64,000 nt of DNA from positions 1-64,000 of the forward strand of contig CAXHJY010001591.1 in the NCBI GenBank assembly GCA_964016885.1, read 5' to 3'. This document shows positions 31,941-46,321 of this stretch, piece after piece. Every line of letters begins with the position of its first letter. The first letter of the stretch is position 1. The notes below the pieces were generated by a model. That model was given only the letters and a program-made list of their open reading frames with translations, was not told where the DNA came from and did not search any database. The DNA comes from Eledone cirrhosa (Eukaryota). The position numbers were made by a program, and so were the translations under genes.

Positions 31941-33702
<1,762 letters not shown>

Positions 33703-33912
33703 AATATAGTATTAATTATACTATTTATGGTTATGCAAATACAAAAACCTTTTGTAGTTATATATATTTTTATAAACCCTAAATAGTGGTAGGCAGTAAT
33801 ACATTACTACCTTATTTCCAGTAAGTTAAATAGCTCAATGTAATAACATCAGATGATTTACAGAGCAGTTATATGAATTATAAGAATCAAAGAACTGTTC
33901 AAAACATTTTTA

Positions 33913-33959
33913 TGCTTACAACTGTTTCCTCCAAACCGAGGTTTGGATTCTTCAGAGCA
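33913..33959 (-). ncRNA. Type I hammerhead ribozyme (family D)
   Basis: TGCT-CTGAAGA-A-TCCAAAC/GTTTGGA-G-GAAAC-AGTT-GTA-AGCA. Confidence 0.75.
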
Positions 33960-34405
33960 ATTTATTATTGAATGAACAATTATATGACCTCCTTTTCACC
34001 TAAGAGACATACAGATACATTTTTAATGCTTACATTATTTTTAATACTTATATTATTTCTCCACACACAGGCTATAACAATCATATAAAGAATTCATTAC
34101 CAGATCAACCCTCTTAACACTCTTGATTACCTGCTTAAGTGCTTCTATTACACGTAACTCCCTGCCACACTATATAAACAAGACGCACGTGCTTGCCACA
34201 CATATAACCATTGCAGTCTATAACCGCTTAATTTCATGTATTTTAACCTGTATTTTTGATTGTATCTTTTAATATGAATGTAATCTCTAAATGTGTACTG
34301 CCACACTAAATGCTGTAATGAATGTTGACCCACAATATTTGCATATGTATCTGTATGTCTCTTGGGTGAAAAGGAGGTCATATAAGTGTTCATTCAATGA
34401 TAAAT

Positions 34406-34452
34406 TGCTCCGAAGAATCTAAACCTCAGTTTGAAGGAAACAGTTGTAAGCA
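34406..34452 (+). ncRNA. Hammerhead ribozyme (family D), CCGAAGA core, partly decayed
   Basis: Inverted homologue of 33913-33959. Confidence 0.6.
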
Positions 34453-34503
34453 TAAAAATGTTTTGAACAGTTCTTTGATTCTTATAATTCATATAATTCA
34501 TAC

Positions 34504-34621
<118 letters not shown>

Positions 34622-34712
34622 TATATACATATATATATACATATACATATATATATATACATATATATATACATATATATATATATACATATATATATAC
34701 ATATATATATAC

Positions 34713-34851
<139 letters not shown>

Positions 34852-34857
34852 CATATA

Positions 34858-36331
34858 CATGGGAACTCCTATACGCATATGATCTAACGCTCATAGCTGC
34901 ATCAAAGGCCGAGCTAGAGAAGAAATTCCAAACATGGAAGCACGGCCTAGAATCAAAAGGCCTTAAAATTAACCTGGCTAAGACTAAAGTTCTAGTTTGT
35001 AGGAAAGAAAATAAGGCGCCGGTCCCTTCCGGGAAATGGCCATGCTCAGTGTGTAGGAAAGGCGTAGGTAGAAACTCCATTTTATGTCCCAAATGCAAAG
35101 TATGGGTGCATAAAAGATGTAGTGGGATCACAGGTAAGCTAATTAAGAACATAGATTTTACATGTGGCCGGTGCTCTGGTGCAATAAGTAGCAGCAAGTG
35201 CCCACAAAATACTAGCTCTTTCAATTGCGCAGAGGGTTCTATAGAAATAGTGGACAGCTTCCGTTACCTGGGTGACAAAATCAGCAGTGGGGGAGGGTGC
35301 TCTGAAAGTACAGTAGCCTGAGTCAGAACTGGATGGAAAAAGTTCAGAGAGCTTATACCACTATTAGCCACTAAAGGGTTCTCCCTAAAAATGAAAGGCA
35401 GGTTGTATGATGTCTGCATACGAACAGCAATGTTGCATGGCAGTGAGAACTGGGCATTGTGTGCAGAGGATATACGCAGACTAGAGAGAAATGAAGCTTG
35501 CATGCTCCGCTGGATGTGTAATAGTAACATACGTGAACGGCAAAGCATAAGCGAACTAAGGAAAAAATTAGAAATAAGTGGGATCAGATGTTGTTTACTC
35601 GAGAGAAGGATACGTTGGTATGGTCACGTGATGAGCATGAAAGACGACAGCTGTATAACAAAGTGCAGGGCAATAAAGATAGACGGTAGCTACAGAGTAG
35701 GCAGACTCAGAAAACCCTGGGACGAGCTGATAAATTCCGGCCTCACACACTTACACCTCTCCAAGACAATGTCACTGGACCGAGACCTTTGGCGGTACTC
35801 AGTAATAGAGAAGACCCGCCTTACCTAAATACAAAGTAAAACCTACTACAGTCAGTAGGCATCTCTAACAAAATACACCACCGTCCCACCACCCCCACCC
35901 CATCCACACCGCCCCTTTCAATGTAAAGTTATGTTGGTACCACAACATCCAGGCCGAAACAAATGAGATCGTGTAGGTGTCACGACAAAAAACACACAGT
36001 CCACGCTGTAATGTGGCCGTGTAGGCAACACGGTAAAAACCTCACAGCCCCACACTGTAAATGTGGTTGGTGTTAGGAAGGGCATCCAGCTGTAGAAAAC
36101 CCGCCAGACAGTCCACGCTGTAATGTGGCCGTGTAGGCAACACGGTAAAAACCTCCCAGCCCCACACTGTAAATGTGGTTGGTGTTAGGAAGGGCATCCA
36201 GCTGTAGAAAACACGCCAGACAGTCCTATGCGAGCAAGACAATGACTCTTGCCTCAAGTGGGAAAACCCCCGTCCTAACCCATGCAAGCGTGGAACACGG
36301 ACGTTAAATGTTGATGATGATGATGATGATG

Positions 36332-36333
<2 letters not shown>
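34858..36333 (+). mobile_element. 5'-truncated RTE LINE with 3' UTR and (GAT)n tail
   Basis: Matches 58127-59493; has an in-frame stop and a 112 bp tandem duplication at 35996-36219. Confidence 0.92.
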
Positions 36334-36364
<31 letters not shown>

Positions 36365-36377
36365 CATATATATATAC

Positions 36378-36460
<83 letters not shown>

Positions 36461-36654
36461 GATAAATCTACCAAAAGTTTACGGTAGTGTCCAATCCGTA
36501 TGAAGAACTCAATGTAATCCGGATATCATGGAAAGAAGAGATGCATTCAAAAATCACTTACGGTGAAAGATAAACGGAATACAGAGTCAAGATAAAATAT
36601 TAAAAAAATAATGAATAAAACAATGAAACAGTTCCTTATATTAAACAAAAAAAG

Positions 36655-36807
36655 TTCATTATTTAACGATCGTTTCTAGGACATATATGTGTTAGAATTG
36701 GCATGCATATTCAACAGGTCTATGTACAAAATTATACAAAATTATACAAATTATCAAATAGAATATACATACCAACACATACATATGCCGTCTTCAGAAA
36801 TAATGAA
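36655..36807 (-). ncRNA. Type I hammerhead ribozyme with extended stem II (family K)
   Basis: Inverted copy of 41996-42148, in the sense orientation of the Naiad. Confidence 0.75.
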
Positions 36808-37155
36808 ATATATTTATTGATAATAACAACAATTCAAAATTACAGGTCTGTTTGGGAACAGAGTTCAAATAGACCAATGAAATACCCAAAAATATATCAA
36901 GAAAATACAGTTAGGTGTGTGTATATATGTAAGTAACTTCGTTCACAGATATGCATAAAAATATATGTTCACATGCATACGCATGTCGAAAAAATGCATG
37001 TAAATACAAAAATTCAGGGTTAATGTCTCTGTATGTTTATAATCTACAGACAAAATATACATACGTATATAAACATATATACACTCATATATACACACAT
37101 ATACATACATTCATACACACACACGCATATACACACAAATATACACATACCCACG

Positions 37156-37250
<95 letters not shown>

Positions 37251-37483
37251 GTATATATTATTATTATAATTATATGGATATTAAGGCGCACACATAAACA
37301 CTGCCACATATATTTACATCTAGATGCAGAACTAAAGTAGGTAAAGGGGGTCAGTAATTACTGAGGGTGTCAGACAACAGCCTATTTATAAAATGTATCT
37401 ATAAATTTAGAAATAAAAAGAAATATATTAAAAAGAAATAAACAAGTAAAATATATACTCATACATAAAATACACACCGATAT

Positions 37484-37592
<109 letters not shown>

Positions 37593-37993
37593 GAGACATA
37601 TACATAAACATATATAAATACATAGACACACATACATACACACATATATATATATACATATACTCACAACACACATATATATATACATATATATGTACAT
37701 ACACATACACACATACATACATATACATATATATATATATACACACATGTATATACATACATATATACACGCTTATATACATATACATACACGCACATAT
37801 ATATACACACACACACATACATATACGTATATATACATACACATACACATATCCATGTATATATATACACATACAACCACACGCTCACACACAACTCAGA
37901 CATACATAAATAAAGAGATATACATACACACATATATATATAGAGAGATATATACATACACATAAATATATATACACACACACACATACACAT

Positions 37994-38045
<52 letters not shown>

Positions 38046-38195
38046 ATAAATAAATACACACAGTCAGACAATTATGCACATATATACACATACATACACA
38101 CATCTCTACAAATATATATACACATACACATACATACACACATATATATATACACATATATATATAGACACATATATATACATATACATATATAC

Positions 38196-38232
<37 letters not shown>

Positions 38233-39330
38233 CAATCATACATACTTATTTACATGCGCACATATGTATTTTTATACTCACATACAAACACCCAAACATA
38301 CATACATACATACTTACATACACATACATACATCCACGCTTACAAATACGAATAATTATAGGGGGGGGGGATTAAAATTATTAGTGGGAAATAGTAAATA
38401 TAGGTTTCAAGGAACATAGAATATTAATCTGCATTTAGATCATAATATGTGTTTACATAGTAGTTTCAGTATTAGGAAATGTAAGAAAGAAGGCAAAATT
38501 ATGCATTTTAATATAAGTAGACTATTAATTATAGGTTAACTAAATTAAAAATAGTTAATATATTGATTTCTAAGGTGTATACTACTTAGGTTTATAATAT
38601 TTAAAGCGGAATTTTGAAGTTAAACAGTAGTAGAGTATTAATTATAGCATAACTAAATTAAAAATATTAACATTATGGTATCAATTTTAGGAAATGAATT
38701 TAGTAATAGGGAAAACCAAATCAAGTATAACTAAATTAAAAATTATATATTAATTTTTATAGTATATGTTAATTAGGTTTATAATAATTAAAGCAGATTT
38801 TGTATTTTATCTATAGTAGAATATAATTATAGGTTAACAAAAATTAAAATTAATATATATATATATATATTTTTAATTGTAAAGAATATATTAATTAGGT
38901 ATATATTTAAAAGTTTATCTCAGTTTATGATTACATGATATTCTGCAATCCATCTGTATTAGAATTTTAATTTTAAGCTAACTAAATTAAAATTATAGGT
39001 TAACTAAATTAAAATTAATTTATAAATTAATTTCTAAATTGTACATTAATTAGGTTTATAATATTAAAAAGTATTTCTCTGTTATTGATTACACGATATT
39101 TTGTTATATTTCATCTGTAAAGGAATTTTAATAAAAGGTTAAATAAACTAAAATTAATCTATAAATTAATTTACAAAGTATATATTAATTATGTTAATAA
39201 TATTTAAAAGTTTTTCACAATTTATGATTACACAATATTTTTTAATCTTATCTGTAGTAGAATTTTAATTAAATTAAAGTTATAGGTTAACTACATTTAA
39301 ATTATATATTAATTTCTAAAATATATATTA

Positions 39331-41331
39331 TTAATTAGGTTTATAATATTTAAATGTTTTTCTCAGTTTATGATTACACGATATAATTAATTCCTGTCGC
39401 TTATTTAATAGGATATCCTTAGATTTCATTATTTCAAATAGTTCTTGGGAACATAATCTACATTCATTTCTATTATTTTGATAAGGGGTGGCTCTTTTGA
39501 GCACACTCCAGGTCATATCATATTCTATATTCTTATTTCTATAACTATTAATTTTTTCTGCTAGAGATGTTGTATTAGCCAGTGCGGCATTTTTAAAACT
39601 ATGTTTGTGGGTATTAAACCTTACCTTAAAATTGTTAGAAGTAGCTCCTATATATGAGCAAATAGAATCTTTAGTTTTAACTTTACATTTATAAACTATG
39701 TTGTTAACAAGACAATTTCCTTTTAATGGGCAGTTTGCTTTGTTTCTACAGTTACAACCTTTCGTTAATTCTATATTTGAGGAGATATTATGGTTAGTTT
39801 GATGTATTGGTGGTATACTTATGGTTTTTTTTTACATTTATATGCATTATAGGCACTTATATTTTGTTTTATGTTTTTGGTTGTTGAGTATGAGAATTTA
39901 ACTGTTGATCTATTTAAGATTTGATGGTATTTGTGGTTTGGCGGGAAGTTTTTCTCTAAGATATAAAAAATTTTTTTAGCAATATTATCCTTAATTTGTA
40001 AATTAAATGGAGCATTATACCAAGTAACTCGTCTATTACGGTTTCTATGTTGTTTATTATTTTTATAGGTTGCATCGTGATATTTACTAGGAGGATTAAT
40101 GTTAATGACCTCACCACGCACATTTTTAGTTAGATTTATTGATTTAGGTGTTTTATCTTGTTTATTAGGAGTTTTATTATTAACATTTATTAGAGTTGTA
40201 TGATGAGTAGTTTTTTGAGAGTTACTATACTTTATATTAGAGGAGTTGTTGGTATTTTGGGGTATAGTGTGAGTGGCATTTAGGTGTGTACTTTTCATTT
40301 GGTGTTTGTTGGTAATATTAGGTTGTATGTTTATAGTATTTTTAGTAGAAGGTGTATATTCTAATCTATTTTTGTGGCCACTTCTATCTAGAGCTTCGTT
40401 ATAGAAGGTCGCATTTTTATCAAATACATCTTGGTTAGACGAAAGGTTAGAAATTCTAAGTGAAATATTATATGCAAGGTTTTTAAGGATAGATTTAGGG
40501 TGATTAGATTGTGAGTGTATGTAGTGTAAGTTTTGGTTGGGTTTATGGTAAGGTTGGTAGATACCCGTAGCTAAGTCTAAAGTTAACTACTTTACTTGTG
40601 TTTTCAAAAGTAATATGAAGACTATAATAGTCTTTAAGGAAAGTTCTAATAAGCTTTTTGTTTTTTTCTATTTCTGAGAGGCTAAGGTTGTTGGAAAGAA
40701 GAAGACAGTCATCACGATATAAACCACCTTTAAGGTGGGGGAAAGGAAGCATTTATGTTGAAAAGAAGAAAGAGGCCCACAAGATCAGTAATTTGGGCAG
40801 AATCGCTTGAACCCATAGTAATATCAAATAGATTACTATATGTGTTTCTGGTCCAGTATTCATTCTGAAATTCAATAAGTGTTAGTCTAGCATGTGTAAT
40901 AATATTAATGTCATCCAAAGTTAAGTTAGATCTATTTTTAGCAAATATCAATGCTTTGTTCAGGAGTATAGGTGATATAGAAGAATAGTAATTATCTATA
41001 TCAAATTGTAGAAATGAAGCAGAAGATTTACATCTAATATTTTTAAACCAGTTAATTACCTGGGAAGTGTTTTCCCAGAGTGGTACATTAACATGTTTTC
41101 TTATTTGTGGGATGACTCTATCCAAAATTTTTTTGCTAATTATTCCAATATCAGATTTGGAGGGACATATAAGTCTTATAGAAGGATTTGAGTTAAAGTT
41201 TGATTTATGATCCTTCAGGTTGAAGTGTGGTCTTTTCAAAGCCAAAGGTTCAGTTCTATCTTCAATATTTAGTTTATTTACTATGTTGTGTGTTTTGTTG
41301 TTGATGTTGGTGAGTGACGCATTATTAGATT
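39331..41331 (-). pseudogene. Frameshifted Naiad RT + GIY-YIG
   Basis: LKDHK, RLICPSKSDIG, FDIDNYY, MGSSDSAQ, GLYRDD, VTWYNAPF, GCNCRNKANCPLKGNC, IVY..YIG, CRLC, SCNH. Confidence 0.9.
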
Positions 41332-41514
41332 TTTTAATATATTTCTTTTTATTTCTAAATTTATAGATACATTTTATAAATAGGCTGTTGTCTGACACCC
41401 TCAGTAATTACTGACCCCCTTTACCTACTTTAGTTCTGCATCTAGATGTAAATATATGTGGCAGTGTTTATGTGTGCGCCTTAATATCCATATAGTTATA
41501 ATAATAATATATAC

Positions 41515-41646
<132 letters not shown>

Positions 41647-41995
41647 TCGTGGGTATGTGTATATTTGTGTGTATATGCGTGTGTGTGTATGAATGTATGT
41701 ATATGTGTGTATATATGAGTGTATATATGTTTATATACGTATGTGTATTTTGTCTGTAGATTATAAACATACAGAGACATTAGCCCTGAATTTTTGTATT
41801 TACATGCATTTTTTCGACATGCGTATGCATGTGAACATATATTTTTATGCATATCTGTGAACGAAGTTACTTACATATATACACACACCTAACTGTATTT
41901 TCTTGATATATTTTTGTGTATTTCATTGGTCTATTTGAACTCTGTTCCCAAACAGACCTGTAATTTTGAATTGTTGTTATTATCAATAAATATAT

Positions 41996-42148
41996 TTCAT
42001 TATTTCTGAAGACGGCATATGTATGTGTTGGTATGTATATTCTATTTGATAATTTGTATAATTTTGTATAATTTTGTACATAGATCTGTTGAATATGCAT
42101 GCCAATTCTAACACATATATGTCCTAGAAACGATCGTTAAATAATGAA
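41996..42148 (+). ncRNA. Type I hammerhead ribozyme with extended stem II (family K)
   Basis: 10-bp stem I TTCATTATTT/AAATAATGAA; CTGAAGA; ~115 nt stem II domain; GAAAC-GATC-GTT. Confidence 0.75.
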
Positions 42149-42202
42149 CTTTTTTTGTTTAATATAAGGAACTGTTTCATTGTTTTATTCATTATTTTTC
42201 TA

Positions 42203-42282
<80 letters not shown>

Positions 42283-42283
42283 G

Positions 42284-42410
42284 AGAGAAAAAAAGATGAA
42301 ATCGAAAATGCAACTGGAGTCTTATTTTATTTTAAAATATATATATTTATTTGGTTCCTTTACCGGTTTCGAGTTGAGATGGAGGGTCCGTGGTTTTTCT
42401 CACATCTGAC
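42284..42410 (-). mobile_element. Single arm of family I with the HHR core deleted
   Basis: Matches 31071-31210 but lacks the segment between ggtttcg and agttgag. Confidence 0.8.
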
Positions 42411-42509
42411 ATATATATATATATATCTCACATCTGACATATATATATATATATATATATATATCTGACATATATATATATCTCACATCTGACATATATA
42501 TATATATCT

Positions 42510-42547
<38 letters not shown>

Positions 42548-42605
42548 TGACATATATATATATATATATATCTCACATCTGACATATATATATCTCACAT
42601 CTGAC

Positions 42606-42636
<31 letters not shown>

Positions 42637-42714
42637 TGACATATATGACATATATACATCTGACATATATATATATATATATACATATATGACATATATG
42701 ACATATATACATCT

Positions 42715-42754
<40 letters not shown>

Positions 42755-42757
42755 TAT

Positions 42758-42837
<80 letters not shown>

Positions 42838-42838
42838 G

Positions 42839-42996
<158 letters not shown>

Positions 42997-43029
42997 TATA
43001 TACATATATATATACATATATATATATAC

Positions 43030-43152
<123 letters not shown>

Positions 43153-43280
43153 AAAGTTCTATTTAAATTGTTGGGATACAACAAGCAAATATTATTATAA
43201 CTGATATAAAGCACTCGACAAATATTTGGAGTAGATATATAATATTAATAAATGGAAACTATATTTATAAAACTATATTT

Positions 43281-43343
43281 ATTTCATTATATATATTTCA
43301 AGGATACCAAGTTAAATCATGGTATGCCTTCATCAGACAAAAT
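43281..43343 (-). ncRNA. Type I hammerhead ribozyme (family B)
   Basis: Inverted copy of 44207-44269. Confidence 0.78.
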
Positions 43344-44206
43344 ACAATATATAACAGTTTTACAAATAGATATTGACGTACCCTTTCAAAAAGGTGACCG
43401 TTCCTTTTGGAGGCCATCCGGATAGTGGTTTGTTTACTTTAGTAAGTAGTGTTAAGAGTAACTAAAAAGATGGAGAAAGAGAGAGATAGAAACGTGGAGA
43501 AAAGAAAGGGAAAGATAGATAAAGAAAAAGAAGAAAGCAAAAAGAAAAGAGAACAGAGGAAAAATAACGGGGAGATATCAAAACATCAGACAGAGAAAGA
43601 ACTCAAGAGAGAGATATGCGGAGATAGAGAGAGGGGGGAGAGAACGAAAACCTTAAGTTATGTTATATTAAGTTGAGTTAACAATTGAGATGAAATGAAT
43701 AAATAACATTATAAATATTAATATTCGTGAATGGAATATAGATATATAATATGAGAAATTACACATTGTTTAATTATGATTATATTTAGTTTAAAAATTG
43801 AGATCAATATATTAAAAATTGGAATTTAAACATTATAAAATATATATATTGCTAGAGAGATTATCTATCGTATATCACATATACATAGGCAAAGGTATAT
43901 AAATATATATATATACTCACTCACTCAGAAAATACACATTATATCTACTCCCGCACATAATGTGTACATACAAAGAATAAGTGATTTTTTTTATTTATTG
44001 CTATACACTCCTTGTGTTATCAATCAAAATCTATCTTTCCCTTTCTTTTCTCCACGTTTCTATCTCTCTCTCTCCATCTTTTTACTTACTCTTAACACTA
44101 TGACTTACTAAAGTAAACAAACCACTATCCGGATGGCCTCCAAAAGCAACGGTCACCTTTTTGAAAGGGTACGTCAATATCTATTTGTAAAACTGTTATA
44201 TATTGT

Positions 44207-44269
44207 ATTTTGTCTGATGAAGGCATACCATGATTTAACTTGGTATCCTTGAAATATATATAATGAAAT
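44207..44269 (+). ncRNA. Type I hammerhead ribozyme (family B)
   Basis: ATTTTGT-CTGATGA-AGGcATACCA/TGGTATcCTT-GAAA-TATATA-TA-ATGAAAT. Confidence 0.78.
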
Positions 44270-44292
44270 AAATATGGTTTCCATTTATTAAT

Positions 44293-44359
<67 letters not shown>

Positions 44360-44374
44360 TATATACATATATAC

Positions 44375-44459
<85 letters not shown>

Positions 44460-44460
<1 letters not shown>

Positions 44461-45127
44461 TGGCTAAGACTAAAGTTCTAGTTTGTAGGAAAGAAAATAA
44501 GGCGCCGGTCCCTTCCGGGAAATGGCCATGCTCAGTGTGTAGGAAAGGCGTAGGTAGAAACTCCATTTTATGTCCCAAATGCAAAGTATGGGTGCATAAA
44601 AGATGTAGTGGGATCACAGGTAAGCTAACTAAGAACACAGATTTTACATGTGGCCGGTGCTCTGGTGCAATAAGTAGCAGCAAGTGCCCACAAAATACTA
44701 GCTCTTTCAATTGCGCAGAGGGTTCTATAGAAATAGTGGACAGCTTCCGTTACCTGGGTGACAAAATCAGCAGTGGGGGAGGGTGCTCTGAAAGTACAGT
44801 AGCTAGAGTCAGAACTGGATGGAAAAAGTTCAGAGAGCTTATACCACTATTAGCCGCTAAAGGGTTCTCCCTAAAAATGAAAGGCAGGTTGTATGATGCC
44901 TGCATACGAACAGCAATGTTGCATGGCAGTGAGACCTGGGCATTGTGTGCAGAGGATATACGCAGACTAGAGAGGAACGAAGTTTGCATGCTCCGCTGGA
45001 TGTGTAATAGTAATATACGTGAACGGCAAAGCATAAACGAACTAAGGAAAAAATTAGAAATAAGAGGGATCAGATGTTGTTTACTCGAGAGAAGGCTACG
45101 TTGGTATGGTCACGTGATGCGCATGAA
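44460..45127 (+). mobile_element. Internal RTE LINE fragment
   Basis: Near-identical to ~58244-58910 (KTKVLVC..WPCSVC..RRLRWYGHV). Confidence 0.92.
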
Positions 45128-45129
45128 CA

Positions 45130-45984
45130 TTTTTTTTTATAAATTAAGTTGTTGGTTGTTGGTTAGGTCTTAGGAGTTCTTGGTTAACGTAGGAGGTATT
45201 GTTTCGTTTTTAGAAAGATCTTTCACGCTGAGGTGCGCTTGTCAAACTGGTGTGTATGAGGTGTGTTGTTCTATATATAGGGATTTAACATGTCTGTGGT
45301 GTGGTGGGGGGGGGGTTCTCCCCCTTTAATAAGTGTAGGGGTGTAGGTGTGTTGAAAAAATGTTAATAGCAGTAAGGAGTTGAGACAGTGAGTAGGGTTG
45401 GGTAGGGATAAATGTAGCAAGTGCGGCCTGCCCCGGTCATTCTCGAAAAATTCCTTTATTCAGGGGAAAAAGATTTTGGTATTCCTTTATACCTATGACC
45501 GTTCTCGACACAAAGGAATATTAAAAGGTTTTTCCCCTGAATAAAGGAATTTTTCGAGAATGACCGGGGCAGGCCGCACTTGCTACATTTGTCCCCACCC
45601 AACCCTACTCACTGTCTCAACTCGTTACTGCTATTAACATTTTTTCAACACACCTACACCCCTACACTTATTAAAGGGGGAGAAAAAAAACCCCCACCAC
45701 ACCACAGACATGTTAAATCCCTATATATAGAACAACACACCTCATACACACCAGTTTGACAAGCGCACCTCAGCGTGAAAGGTCTTTCTAAAAACGAAAC
45801 AATACCTCCTACGTTAACCAAGAACTCCTAAGACCTAAACAACAACCAACAACTTAATTTATAAAAAAAACTTTTAAAAGAAAATTTTTTCTAATCCGGA
45901 AAAAAATTCTTTTTGGATTTTGTGAAGAAAATAAATTTGTTGAAAGCACAAGTGAAGCCATTTTTTTCTTCCCCCCTGTCTTAA
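45130..45984. repeat. Inverted repeat (arms 45130-45470 and 45529-45868, plus right-hand tail), probably pLTR-derived
   Basis: ~340 bp arms. Candidate HHR core TTGACAA-GCGC/GCGT-GAAA-G(A/G)TC-TT at ~45756-45786 and its mirror, but stem I pairs poorly. Confidence 0.75.
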
Positions 45985-46025
45985 TATATATACATATATA
46001 TATATATATATACATATATACATAC

Positions 46026-46108
<83 letters not shown>

Positions 46109-46110
46109 CA

Positions 46111-46204
<94 letters not shown>

Positions 46205-46243
46205 TATATACATATATATATACATATATACATATATATATAT

Positions 46244-46286
<43 letters not shown>

Positions 46287-46321
46287 CATATATATATATA
46301 GATATAGATAGGTAAATATAC

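Larger units (their letters stand above)
33705..34500. mobile_element. Inverted-pLTR PLE derivative (arms 33869-34020 and 34345-34496)
   Basis: ~150 bp inverted arms, ~325 bp spacer, one HHR per arm, (TA)n flanks. Confidence 0.8.

Noticed and set aside
42398-42720. CRISPR-like or telomeric array
   Set aside because: The spacers are just (TA)n, there are no cas genes, the context is eukaryotic, and there are no TTAGGG tracts.
45750-45790. Confident hammerhead call in the 45.1-45.9 kb inverted repeat
   Set aside because: The core, stem II and stem III fit, but stem I does not pair, so it is kept only as a candidate.
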